Shown piece after piece: positions 9,426-18,555 of a stretch of DNA of 64,000 nucleotides. The position numbers and the translations under genes are program-made. Source of the DNA: an uncultured Gammaproteobacteria bacterium (GTDB taxonomy: Bacteria; Pseudomonadota; Gammaproteobacteria; Francisellales; Francisellaceae). Where the stretch lies: assembly GCA_913060525.1 (NCBI GenBank), contig CAJXRW010000001.1:289-64288 (forward strand), read 5' to 3'. A model generated the notes under the pieces. The model was given only the letters and a program-made list of their open reading frames with translations, was not told the DNA's origin and did no database searches. Each line of letters starts with the position of its first letter. Within the stretch, counting starts at the first letter, position 1.

Positions 9426-9453
9426 TTGACACATATAAATCATACTGTAAAAT
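9426..9453 (+). promoter_or_regulatory. candidate sigma70 promoter for the T4SS region (TTGACA - 16 nt - TAAAAT)
   Basis: TTGACA at 9426-9431 and TAAAAT at 9448-9453, in the 160-nt AT-rich gap before the first gene of the transfer cluster. Flanked by AAATCATAC repeats. Confidence 0.4.
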
Positions 9454-9484
9454 AAACATATCTTATAAACGGTATGATTTAAGA

Positions 9485-9691
9485 ATGGCTAAAGCATCAC
9501 TAAGAAAACCCGTTAATGTCGATGAAGACTTGCACTACACACTAAGAAAACTTGTTTTTGATTTAGATGGTGTGTCGATCGGGGATGAAGTCAGCAGGAG
9601 ATTAAGGCAATCATTTATCAAAGATGGAATTGATATATTGTCACCACCAAAAAGCAAAAAAAAAAGTAATTTAATAACGATTAATAGTTAG
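9485..9691 (+). CDS. small putative ribbon-helix-helix (CopG/Arc-like) DNA-binding protein
   Basis: 68 aa. N-terminal KPVNVDEDLHYTLRKLVFDLDGVSIGDEVSRRLRQ fits a beta-strand/helix/helix RHH pattern. First gene after the promoter-like region; basic tail. Confidence 0.4.
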   Translation: MAKASLRKPVNVDEDLHYTLRKLVFDLDGVSIGDEVSRRLRQSFIKDGIDILSPPKSKKKSNLITINS

Positions 9692-9728
9692 CTAGAAATC
9701 CAATATAAAAAATAATGGAGATTAAAAT

Positions 9729-10001
9729 ATGCACATCTCTAGGGGTGAATTATGTCAACAGAAAGGTAAAAAAACCGTAATAAGATTAATGCTATTTATA
9801 ACATTTTTTTTCGGAATAGATAGTTTGGCGTTTTATGCGCCGGCTAATTTTTATCCCAATACTGCGATTAAATTTGGATTGATTTTAGAGGCTATTGAAA
9901 TTGATAAAAAATGTAATGAGTTGTCGCCAGAAGAGTGGACGGAATGTTTAAACCAAAACAATTACGACGAAATAATTAATAAATTACAAAAATTAAAATA
10001 A
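9729..10001 (+). CDS. hypothetical small protein with one hydrophobic segment
   Basis: 90 aa, with GGAG 8 nt upstream of the ATG. Hydrophobic stretch LMLFITFFFGIDSLAF. No family recognised. Confidence 0.45.
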   Translation: MHISRGELCQQKGKKTVIRLMLFITFFFGIDSLAFYAPANFYPNTAIKFGLILEAIEIDKKCNELSPEEWTECLNQNNYDEIINKLQKLK

Positions 10002-10049
10002 ATAAAAAATTAAAGTTTCATCAATAAATAAACAAACAAGGAGAATAAA

Positions 10050-10274
10050 ATGGGATCGAATCCATTACTAACAATCGTACAAAGCATTATTGATTATGTC
10101 CAGGGGCCGACAGGAAAAGCGATTGCGTTAATTGCCATCATTTCGTGCGGCTTAACCCTAATTTTTGGTGGCGACAGAACTAAGACAAAGATAGCTGCAG
10201 CTTCAATAATTGGTGGTGTGGTATTGGTCTTTTCTGCAACTTGGATCGGTGAGCAGTTCCTCGGAATAAGCTAA
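10050..10274 (+). CDS. virB2: T4SS pilin, VirB2/TrbC family
   Basis: 74 aa with a strong RBS (AAGGAG). Two hydrophobic helices are separated by the basic loop GGDRTKTK, which is the VirB2 layout. First gene of a virB-ordered cluster. Confidence 0.75.
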   Translation: MGSNPLLTIVQSIIDYVQGPTGKAIALIAIISCGLTLIFGGDRTKTKIAAASIIGGVVLVFSATWIGEQFLGIS

Positions 10275-10582
10275 TGACTAAGTCAGCAGAAGAAGCACCA
10301 CTCAACTATGCGCCAATTTATGGCGCATTAGTCAGACCAGCATTGTATATGGGTATATCGATTGAATATTATCCAATTGCTTTAATGGTTGTGTGCATTT
10401 TCTATATCGGTTTTAACCCGATATACGGCCTGATTAGCTGCTTGCCTGTTTATCTGTTTGGATATTTTGTATGCAAATATGATCCAGATGGGTTTAGAGT
10501 TTTAATTGCTTATGTTCAGGTTCTATTAGATGAGGGTCGAATCAAAAAAGTTGCTGGTGCAATCACCTACGATCCGTTTTAA
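10274..10582 (+). CDS. virB3: T4SS protein VirB3
   Basis: 102 aa. Start overlaps the virB2 stop (TAATG). LVRPALYMGI followed by two TM helices. Sits between B2 and B4. Confidence 0.75.
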   Translation: MTKSAEEAPLNYAPIYGALVRPALYMGISIEYYPIALMVVCIFYIGFNPIYGLISCLPVYLFGYFVCKYDPDGFRVLIAYVQVLLDEGRIKKVAGAITYDPF

Positions 10583-10628
10583 GTGATCGACAGTTTTATT
10601 AAGTTTATATAAAAATAGAGGGTAGGGT

Positions 10629-13184
10629 ATGTTAGATAAAAATATTATGTTTGTGCGAAAGGCGCAAAAGAAGATCTCACAACGCTTACCAAAAATGCAT
10701 TTTGTCGCACCAAATGTAATTCGTACTAGCGCAAATGTTCTCTTTCAAGTTATTAAAGTGAATGGTGTACACATCAGCACATCATCAACTGACAATATCA
10801 ATGAAAAAGATAACGAATGGCATAGTATTGTCACTTCTTTAGATGATGAATTTCCAATTTGGGCCACAATGATCAGGCGAAAAGTTAGCTCTGATTTTAA
10901 TGTCAGTAACTATAGTGAATTTACACATGAATTTTCAGAAAAATACCGTAATAAATATAAGAATGCACAGCTGTATAGAAATGAGTATTACTTAACTGTT
11001 TACTATACCGGTATGACTGGTCTGGTGAAAAATATCAGCAGTATTTTTTCGAAAAAAAATGACGCAATATTTCAAACTAAGATATCTGAAGCAGTCGGGC
11101 GATTAACTTCAAAAGTAGAAGAAATCGTTACCAGGCTCGGCTCGCAGAAAAAAGATGAAGCTTTTTCAGAAAATTCATCGATTCGTGATGAGGTAACATC
11201 GGATCATTTCAATGCGCGTGTTTTAGATCAAAGAGAATGTGAGACATCAGAGATCATGTCGTTTCTAGGTACATTTGTAAATGGCTTGGAATCGCTCAGC
11301 TATAAATATCCAACTGAGCCAATGTTCGGCTATCGTGATACTCAAATACCTGAGCCTGGGTTTTCAAAATTTCCATACGGCAATATCGGCGAGTTTTTGG
11401 GACAGAATGAGCCGGCTTTTGGTGATAAGCGATATTTTGCTTTTAAGCATACCGATGGTTCGAAAAAAATCGGTAATATCTTGTCAATCAAAAAATATGG
11501 ATCTGGCACAACACCAATTACTTTTCATCAGTTGATGGCTTTAGATTGCGAGTTTATGTACACCGTTTCATTTGCGCCAATGGAAACAAAAAAAGCGGAA
11601 CAAGAAACACGTAAAAAACTAGCAAAAATGAAAAATGCTAAAGACAAGGCCAAGTCACAACAAGCAGCGATTGAAATGCTTGAAGATGATATCGCATCAG
11701 AGCGTGTGTTGCTCGGTAGCTCGCATTGCTCGCTAATGGTGTTAGCAGACAACAAAGAAGAACTAAATAGTCATACTAACCAGGTCATTAAGCTTTATGG
11801 CCAGAATGATTTTCGCGCGTTTCCCGAAGAAATTAACCATATTTCTACATTTTGGGCGCAATTTCCTGGCAACACCAAATACATTAAACGTGAACGTCTA
11901 TTAACATCAGATGTATTTTGCCATTTTTTTCCACTGCATAATTTCCCGACTGGCCACACACATCAGACGCACTTAGGCGAAGGATTGTGTTTAGTTGATA
12001 CTCCGTCCAAAACACCCATGTTCTTCAATTATCATGAACCAGAAAAGGGCGCATCTAAAAACGATAAATGTCCAGGATCAGGTGTCTTGGTAGGTGGTAA
12101 TAAATCAGGTAAAACTACGTTGCTCTTGGCGATGGATGCTTTAGCTGAAAAATATAATCAAAAGACTTACTTTTTTGATCGAGATGGCGGTGGCGCAATA
12201 TACATGTGGGCCACAGGTAATAAGTATTATGAATTTGATCAAGATAACATTAGAAATATTAATCTTAATGTCTTTTCATTACCAGATACGCGCGTCAATC
12301 GTGCTTTCATCGCGAATTGGTTATGCGGTATTTCGAGGGATGAAGACGAAAGTAGTGTTCCTTCTGATGTTAAAGAATTATTCACTGAAGTAGTGAATTA
12401 TGCTTATACGCTTGATTTAGAACAACGTTCATTATCCAATGTATTAAATTCGTATGTTGGGCCAGATTTTAAACGCTGGTCAAACTTGCGTTTATGGCTG
12501 AGAGGTGATGACTATCGAGATGATGGCGCATTCGCTGAATATTTTGATAATGATATTGATGAGTTAGATTTCGATTCGCAAATGAAAATTGGCTTTGACA
12601 TGACACACGTTCTTGGTAAAGGCGATATGCGTTTAGGATCAGCATTATTATCATATAATTTCCATCGAATTTTGACGCAAAAAAGAGAGCCAGGGCAACC
12701 AATTTGTATCATCCTTGATGAGGGTTGGTTTATGTTGCGAGACCCTTGGATTGCTAACATGCTTGAAGAATTAATCCCAACAATCCGTAAAGAAAACATT
12801 TATATCATTGTGGCCACTCAGTCACCTGAGACCGTCTTAGCATCACCTGTTGCAGATCAGTTTTTAGCAAATATTGCATTTTCTATTTTCTTCGCTAATT
12901 CAAAAGCAGATTCCAAAGTCTATGAAAAATATAATATTGATGTTGCTGAGTTTCAAACAATTAAAACTACGCCTAGGGCAAAACGCCACTTTATTTTTAA
13001 GCAAGGGCATGAATCAGCTGTTTGTAAATTGGATCTTTCAGGCTTTAACCGTGAGTTGGCGGTGCTTTCAACTAATACGGATTCGAAAGAAGTTGCTAGG
13101 CGAATCCGCAAAAAGCACGGTCTTAATCCAAAACCAGAATTATGGTTAGAATCATTCTATGAAGAATTAGGGGTATCGAAATGA
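10629..13184 (+). CDS. virB4: T4SS ATPase VirB4
   Basis: 851 aa. Walker A GGNKSGKTTLL and Walker B CIILDEGW. Size and synteny fit. Confidence 0.93.
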   Translation: MLDKNIMFVRKAQKKISQRLPKMHFVAPNVIRTSANVLFQVIKVNGVHISTSSTDNINEKDNEWHSIVTSLDDEFPIWATMIRRKVSSDFNVSNYSEFTHEFSEKYRNKYKNAQLYRNEYYLTVYYTGMTGLVKNISSIFSKKNDAIFQTKISEAVGRLTSKVEEIVTRLGSQKKDEAFSENSSIRDEVTSDHFNARVLDQRECETSEIMSFLGTFVNGLESLSYKYPTEPMFGYRDTQIPEPGFSKFPYGNIGEFLGQNEPAFGDKRYFAFKHTDGSKKIGNILSIKKYGSGTTPITFHQLMALDCEFMYTVSFAPMETKKAEQETRKKLAKMKNAKDKAKSQQAAIEMLEDDIASERVLLGSSHCSLMVLADNKEELNSHTNQVIKLYGQNDFRAFPEEINHISTFWAQFPGNTKYIKRERLLTSDVFCHFFPLHNFPTGHTHQTHLGEGLCLVDTPSKTPMFFNYHEPEKGASKNDKCPGSGVLVGGNKSGKTTLLLAMDALAEKYNQKTYFFDRDGGGAIYMWATGNKYYEFDQDNIRNINLNVFSLPDTRVNRAFIANWLCGISRDEDESSVPSDVKELFTEVVNYAYTLDLEQRSLSNVLNSYVGPDFKRWSNLRLWLRGDDYRDDGAFAEYFDNDIDELDFDSQMKIGFDMTHVLGKGDMRLGSALLSYNFHRILTQKREPGQPICIILDEGWFMLRDPWIANMLEELIPTIRKENIYIIVATQSPETVLASPVADQFLANIAFSIFFANSKADSKVYEKYNIDVAEFQTIKTTPRAKRHFIFKQGHESAVCKLDLSGFNRELAVLSTNTDSKEVARRIRKKHGLNPKPELWLESFYEELGVSK

Positions 13185-13912
13185 AAAAGAAATTAATTGC
13201 TTTGGCTTTAGTTGGAGCTATATCTATTTCAAATACTTCTCAGGCGCAATGGGCGGTATCAGATGGTGGTGTCACTGCAAACGGCATCATCCAAATCACT
13301 TATGCAATTCAACAAATGATGCAGTTGAAAGAACAATATGAAGAAATTATGCAACAGGTGCAACTTGCACAAAATCAAGTTGAAAAAGCCCAAACTCAGA
13401 TCGAAAATATCACCGGCAGCTATGGTATGGGTCTACTAGGGAATTCTGCTTCTGATCTGCTGGATCGCCAATGGATGGGCAACGATTGGGAGCAAACGCT
13501 AAAAGGTATATCAGGTGGCAATAACCAGCGTTATCAAGAACTACGCAATGCGTATATTGAGCAACACCAAACAGTTGATGCTAGCGAGTTTCGACGTATG
13601 CGTAGTGAAGAAGCCACCAGCGTCTATAAAGAGAAAGCCGAGACAAATCAGGCCGTCGCTGCTGTCGCTGAACAGCAATATGCCAAAGTAAATGACTATA
13701 TAGATAAGTTACACGAGCTTGGTAATTCGATCGAAAGTCCTACCAATGAGAACACCAAATCAGCCACTGATTTAAATACCAGAATGGTTCAGGAATTGGG
13801 TTACATCATGTCGGAAATGCTTCGGATGCAATCAACAGCCATGAGGCTGCAAACGGCTACCCAAGCACAAAATATTCAAGCACAAAGTTCACAAGCTAAA
13901 TTTTTTAATTAA
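13181..13912 (+). CDS. virB5: T4SS minor pilus subunit VirB5-like
   Basis: 243 aa with a signal peptide and predicted cleavage NTSQA/QWAV. Gln/Glu-rich helical protein. ATGA overlap with virB4; synteny fits. Confidence 0.65.
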   Translation: MKKKLIALALVGAISISNTSQAQWAVSDGGVTANGIIQITYAIQQMMQLKEQYEEIMQQVQLAQNQVEKAQTQIENITGSYGMGLLGNSASDLLDRQWMGNDWEQTLKGISGGNNQRYQELRNAYIEQHQTVDASEFRRMRSEEATSVYKEKAETNQAVAAVAEQQYAKVNDYIDKLHELGNSIESPTNENTKSATDLNTRMVQELGYIMSEMLRMQSTAMRLQTATQAQNIQAQSSQAKFFN

Positions 13913-13923
13913 GGAGTAATTGA

Positions 13924-14076
13924 ATGAAAAAAATAAAATGGTTAGTGATGGTCATATTATCAGGTCTATTTTTTACGCTAGCAGGGTGTGCACATCAAGA
14001 TCTGAAAACACCTTGTCCAGACTTTGGGGAAGACTGTAATCAAGTGCCAATAAATTCATGGAATTATCAAAAATAA
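13924..14076 (+). CDS. small lipoprotein, VirB7-like (not in the supplied ORF track)
   Basis: My translation gives MKKIKWLVMVILSGLFFTLAGCAHQDLKTPCPDFGEDCNQVPINSWNYQK (50 aa). Lipobox LAGC, and AAGGAG 7 nt upstream of the ATG. Size and position in the virB cluster fit VirB7. Confidence 0.55.
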   Translation: MKKIKWLVMVILSGLFFTLAGCAHQDLKTPCPDFGEDCNQVPINSWNYQK

Positions 14077-14092
14077 AAATTAAGGCGAGATA

Positions 14093-14686
14093 ATGAAATT
14101 ACATCGACTATTAGGGTTAACCTTATTTTCAAGCTGTATCGCACTTACTGGATGTGGTAATGAGCAAAATAAAGGGCAGCATGAACAAAAAGTAACTGAA
14201 GCAAAAGCATCTGACCCGATCACTAAAGGATCAAAAGTTAATATACAGCATATTGATCAGAAGCCTAACGAAGCAGTTGTTTCTAAGTTAACACAAATGA
14301 AATACAAACAAATTAATGGATTTCTTGTCGCTGCTCATGCGTATAAGAATATGGGCGTTAATTATTATGAATGTTCAAAAATTGAAGCTGAAAAAGACAC
14401 CATGAATGAGTGGGATAAAATGATTGCTTCCCAAAAAACTTCGACTTGTCAGCCGCTGATGGAAGCCGGTATCGCATATCTGAAATCACAAGGTTATAAC
14501 GTTACGCTCGCAGATATATCCGATTCACGGGTAGTGACACATTTTAGGGATGTCACAAACCAGGCTTATCACAACAGAATGGCAGCCAAAAAAGCTTATT
14601 ATGACCAAATTATTAGAGCAAAAACACCAGAAGAAAAACAAAGAATACAAGCAGAATACGACCAAGTTATTAACGAAAATAGTTAA
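14093..14686 (+). CDS. lipoprotein of unknown function (candidate entry-exclusion protein by position)
   Basis: 197 aa with lipobox LTGC after a signal peptide. Lies between virB5 and virB6, where pKM101-type clusters carry eex. No sequence family recognised. Confidence 0.5.
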   Translation: MKLHRLLGLTLFSSCIALTGCGNEQNKGQHEQKVTEAKASDPITKGSKVNIQHIDQKPNEAVVSKLTQMKYKQINGFLVAAHAYKNMGVNYYECSKIEAEKDTMNEWDKMIASQKTSTCQPLMEAGIAYLKSQGYNVTLADISDSRVVTHFRDVTNQAYHNRMAAKKAYYDQIIRAKTPEEKQRIQAEYDQVINENS

Positions 14687-14694
14687 GAGATGTT

Positions 14695-15753
14695 ATGTCT
14701 AGTCCAGTAGAATTTATCGCAGATTTTTTCTCAAATTTTGAGGCAATTCTTGATACCTTTGTTTATAACGGCTATCAGGCATTAGCCGATTTGCTTATGC
14801 CGGTTGTTGGCTCAGTTGTCTTATTGGCAGTGATCTTCTTAGGTTATCGTACCATGTATGGCTTTGGCAAAATGACAGTTAAAGAATACATTAAATTTGT
14901 GGTATTAGTCGGTGTTATTTATACATTTTTCTTCCAGTGGGGAAATTTCTCGTACTATGTAGTTAATTTTTTCTATTACTTAATTGATCTAGCTGCATCA
15001 GCCTTGATGCAAGTTTCACCTTCACAAATCTCTGGGGCATCAACATTAAATGAAGCGATGCAAAATAGTTTGAGTTTGATTGACTATGTTGGGAGAGGGA
15101 TCTTTGCTGAAGCAGGATGGAGTAATCTGGCTTATTTTTTCTACGGTGCAATCGTTTATTTAACTGGCGTAATAATGATTGCCGCAATTATGCTCGAAAT
15201 TGTATTGGCTAAAATGATTATGGCCATTACTTTTGTTTTGATCCCATTGATTGCGCCGTGTTTATTGTTTGAAAAAACAAAACAAATTTTTGATCGTTGG
15301 TTGGGAACATTGGTCGCTTTTTCTTTACTAATTATTATGATTTCTGCAGTAATGGGGTTATTTTTAACGCTCGTCTATAACTTATTACCTGTTATAAATA
15401 TTTCTCAAGATATCCCTGCTGATTTTTATGACGGCTTGGCGCAAAGAATTACACCGTTATTTATCGTCATGATCATCTGTATTTTTCTCACATTCAAAAT
15501 TCACCAAGTAGCGATGAATATTGGCGGTGGCATTTCGCCTGGATCAGCCAGCGGTATGGCTGCGGCTGGTGCTGGTGCAGTGGTTGGCTATATGGGTATG
15601 TCTAAAGCAATGACAGCAATGGGCTTGAGAGGTGTTGGTCGTGTTGCTGGTGGCACAAGAAGTTTAGCTGGGATGAATGGGCAGGCCGCTTCAGGTGTTG
15701 GCTCACAAGCAGGTCGAGCAGCACAAAGCCAAGTAAATAAAATTCGTTCTTAA
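14695..15753 (+). CDS. virB6: T4SS inner-membrane protein VirB6/TrbL family
   Basis: 352 aa with at least 6 TM helices and a Gly/Ala-rich C-terminal tail. Synteny fits. Confidence 0.75.
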   Translation: MSSPVEFIADFFSNFEAILDTFVYNGYQALADLLMPVVGSVVLLAVIFLGYRTMYGFGKMTVKEYIKFVVLVGVIYTFFFQWGNFSYYVVNFFYYLIDLAASALMQVSPSQISGASTLNEAMQNSLSLIDYVGRGIFAEAGWSNLAYFFYGAIVYLTGVIMIAAIMLEIVLAKMIMAITFVLIPLIAPCLLFEKTKQIFDRWLGTLVAFSLLIIMISAVMGLFLTLVYNLLPVINISQDIPADFYDGLAQRITPLFIVMIICIFLTFKIHQVAMNIGGGISPGSASGMAAAGAGAVVGYMGMSKAMTAMGLRGVGRVAGGTRSLAGMNGQAASGVGSQAGRAAQSQVNKIRS

Positions 15754-15764
15754 TAGGAGTAAAC

Positions 15765-16553
15765 ATGTTCAAGAAAAATAACAAACAAGGTGATCAAGTA
15801 AAGCAAGCTAAAGTTGCTAAGACTAAACCTGAAAAGGCAAAACCATTCAAAACCAGGTTAGAAGAATATTACAAGTTCTCGAATGCCTGGGGTGCAGATA
15901 TTCTTGATTCAATGGTGACACAAAAAAATCGTTATAAGCGTTTATTTATCGGCACACTTGGATTTGCTTTCTTGCTGCTATTAACAATTATGATGATGAT
16001 GCCCTTGCGCGAAATTGTACCAGTTGGAATTTACACAGATAAGAACGGTAACACTTATGTAAACACACATGATTTCCAGCACAAATTTACGCATACGAAG
16101 CAAGAAATCAGAGGCGAAATATTTCGCTATATCAAAATGTTTGAGGGTTATGAAGCTGGTAGCTTCAGAATGTCTACAAATTATGTACAGGCAATGTCAG
16201 CACCTAATATTTTTGCCAAATATGCTAAACAAATTGGCGAACAAAATAGCTATGTTGATCACCTTGGAAAAGATGGCTACAGAAAAGTTACGGTTGAATC
16301 AATTAATTTCCTAAATTCAGAGAAAGCGCGTGGCGTAATCGACCCAAAAAATACAGCCATTGTAACCTATACCGTAACAACCGGTATGTATGGCCAGAAG
16401 CCAAATGACCCATTGAAATTCCGCGCATTAATCAATTGGGAATATGAAGGTTTACCCAAATCGAGAGAAGAACAATTCTTAAACTACGACGGATTTACCG
16501 TAACCGGTTTAGATGTCACACCAGTAAACTATGATGGAGCTAAGCAAAAATGA
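15765..16553 (+). CDS. virB8: T4SS protein VirB8
   Basis: 262 aa. Basic N-terminus, a single TM (LFIGTLGFAFLLLLTIMMMM), then a ~170-aa periplasmic domain. Synteny fits. Confidence 0.75.
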   Translation: MFKKNNKQGDQVKQAKVAKTKPEKAKPFKTRLEEYYKFSNAWGADILDSMVTQKNRYKRLFIGTLGFAFLLLLTIMMMMPLREIVPVGIYTDKNGNTYVNTHDFQHKFTHTKQEIRGEIFRYIKMFEGYEAGSFRMSTNYVQAMSAPNIFAKYAKQIGEQNSYVDHLGKDGYRKVTVESINFLNSEKARGVIDPKNTAIVTYTVTTGMYGQKPNDPLKFRALINWEYEGLPKSREEQFLNYDGFTVTGLDVTPVNYDGAKQK

Positions 16554-17356
16554 AAAAATCAATCAAATTAAGTGCAATTTCAACGTTAATGGCAATATCA
16601 ATATTTGCTGTTGCAGAGAATAAACCCATTGAATTGGCCACAACGCCTTACATTTCCAATGTGGCTTATGAACAAAGTAATGTTGTACCCATCACAGGTA
16701 CACCAATGACAACCACTAATATTATCTTTGGTAAGGATGAAACGGTTGTGGGTGCATCGACAGGAGATTTGACATCTTGGGAAGTGTCGCAAGCAGATAT
16801 TCCGAATATTTTATTTGTGAAGCCAACTCGCGTGGGATCGAACACAAACTTAACGGTTTATACAAATAAACACCGTTATTTCTTTCATATTATGTCGAAA
16901 GATCCAAAGGACAGCACACCTACTTACGCCGTCATTTTTGAGTATCCACAAGAAGAAATGGCCAAGATCAATGCCAAGCAAAAATGGTTGAAAGGGCAGA
17001 ATGATGCAAATCTAAGCAAGCCGATGCAACCCAAAGATTATAACTATGATTATACCTTTAATGGCAGTCGTTCAATCATGCCGGTTAATGTTTTCGATGA
17101 TGGTACATTCACTTATTTTACCTTTCTGCCTAATACACCACAGCCGGCAATATTTGCCGTAGATAATGCCGAGGGCAATGAAACAGTCGTTAATATCCGT
17201 CGTTTATCTAATTTTACTACCCCAATGGGTGAGAGGGGTAATGTCGTAAAAGTTTTACGTGTTGCGCCCCAATTCACTTTAAGATTGGGAAAAAACAAAG
17301 TGGCCAGTATCTTTAACAAGCCATCAATCGCCAAGATTGAAGCAACTGACTCGTAG
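16550..17356 (+). CDS. virB9: T4SS outer-membrane core protein VirB9
   Basis: 268 aa with a signal peptide and beta-rich sequence containing YNYDYTFNG. ATGA overlap with virB8. Confidence 0.75.
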   Translation: MKKSIKLSAISTLMAISIFAVAENKPIELATTPYISNVAYEQSNVVPITGTPMTTTNIIFGKDETVVGASTGDLTSWEVSQADIPNILFVKPTRVGSNTNLTVYTNKHRYFFHIMSKDPKDSTPTYAVIFEYPQEEMAKINAKQKWLKGQNDANLSKPMQPKDYNYDYTFNGSRSIMPVNVFDDGTFTYFTFLPNTPQPAIFAVDNAEGNETVVNIRRLSNFTTPMGERGNVVKVLRVAPQFTLRLGKNKVASIFNKPSIAKIEATDS

Positions 17357-17365
17357 GAGAAGGCA

Positions 17366-18553
17366 ATGTCTGATAAGAGCAAACAAGATGATCTTCAAGA
17401 TGAAAAAGATGACATTCTGGATTCATCCGAGGAAGATGTATCAGCATCAGTAGGCAATAAAAAATCTGAACCAGGACAGCAAAAGAAAAAAATCGTTATG
17501 GCTGTAGCCTTGGTTATTGGTGTTGTGATTGTTGCACAAGTTATGTTTTCAGGTGGTAATAATAAAAGAGGTGATGATAAGCCAGAAAGAGAAAGCGTGG
17601 TACAAGATGATACAGATGTTAGTGGGATATTAAGTAATGTTGAGAGAAAACTAAACACTAAAGATAAGCCTGTTATTCAGCAGGCATCAGAACAAAAACC
17701 AGAACAAAAACCAGAACAAAAACAAAAAGAAGAAATGGCACAACTGTTTGATGACAGAGCTGCCAAACAAGCTGCAGCTGAGCGTAAAATGCGTATGAAT
17801 GCACCAAGTACGGTTGGTATCAAGCATAATAGATTGCCTGATGAGCAGCGTTCACATATGCGTGATATTAAGCAAGCCGAAAGTGGCATCGCTGGTGATA
17901 CGCCATATTCTGATTTCACAGAAAATCAACCAGTTAATGTGACAGTCGCTAAAGCCACTAAAATGCCACACCCTTGTTGGACAGTAGCCAAAGGCGAGTT
18001 TTTATGGGGCGCATTATCCGTTGCTATCAGAACGGATACACCAGGTATGATTGAGGCTTACTTGGCTTTACCAGCATATTCCTATAAATGTGATAATGTC
18101 CTGATGCCAGCCGGTACACGTTTGACTGGCCAGTTTAGTGTTAAATCTGGAAACGGAATGGCCACAGAAGTGATTTATGCGGTTTGGAATGAGGCAACAT
18201 TACCAGATGGTACGCGAGTTACACTTAATTCAGGTATTACCGATGGCTTGGGTCGATCTGGTATTGCGGCCAGTGATGTGGATCGTCATTTTTGGCAGAT
18301 GTTTGGTACATCAGCGTTGTTATCAATTATTGGTGCTACCGCATCGAATGTTGGCACACAATCTTTCTATCCAACGGCACAATCGCAATATCAAGCTGGC
18401 ATAACACAGTCTTTTGCAGATACATCGCAAAAAGTCTTGGATCGTAACAGTAACATCAACCCAACTTTGTATTTAGACCAGGGAACAGAAATGAATGTAT
18501 TTCTAAATCGTGACCTAGATTTTTACGGCGTTTATCACGGTGGGGGAGCGTAA
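17366..18553 (+). CDS. virB10: T4SS core protein VirB10 (TrbI family)
   Basis: 395 aa. Acidic N-terminus, a TM helix, a Pro/Gln/Lys-rich linker (EQKPEQKPEQKQKEE) and a conserved TrbI-type C-terminal domain (GLGRSGIAASDVDRHF). Confidence 0.85.
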   Translation: MSDKSKQDDLQDEKDDILDSSEEDVSASVGNKKSEPGQQKKKIVMAVALVIGVVIVAQVMFSGGNNKRGDDKPERESVVQDDTDVSGILSNVERKLNTKDKPVIQQASEQKPEQKPEQKQKEEMAQLFDDRAAKQAAAERKMRMNAPSTVGIKHNRLPDEQRSHMRDIKQAESGIAGDTPYSDFTENQPVNVTVAKATKMPHPCWTVAKGEFLWGALSVAIRTDTPGMIEAYLALPAYSYKCDNVLMPAGTRLTGQFSVKSGNGMATEVIYAVWNEATLPDGTRVTLNSGITDGLGRSGIAASDVDRHFWQMFGTSALLSIIGATASNVGTQSFYPTAQSQYQAGITQSFADTSQKVLDRNSNINPTLYLDQGTEMNVFLNRDLDFYGVYHGGGA

Positions 18554-18555
18554 CG

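Noticed and set aside
9656-9665. A10 homopolymer inside the RHH-like gene (codons KSKKKS), and the tandem GAACAAAAACCA repeats in virB10 (about 17689-17720), as possible phase-variation switches.
   Set aside because: Such tracts are expected by chance in DNA this AT-rich. They encode Lys-rich or EQKP linker segments typical of these proteins. There is no evidence of frameshifted alternative ORFs.
9729-10001. Could the 90-aa ORF before virB2 be VirB1 (lytic transglycosylase)?
   Set aside because: It is too small and lacks the SLT catalytic Glu-Ser context. I recognise no VirB1 homologue anywhere in the cluster.
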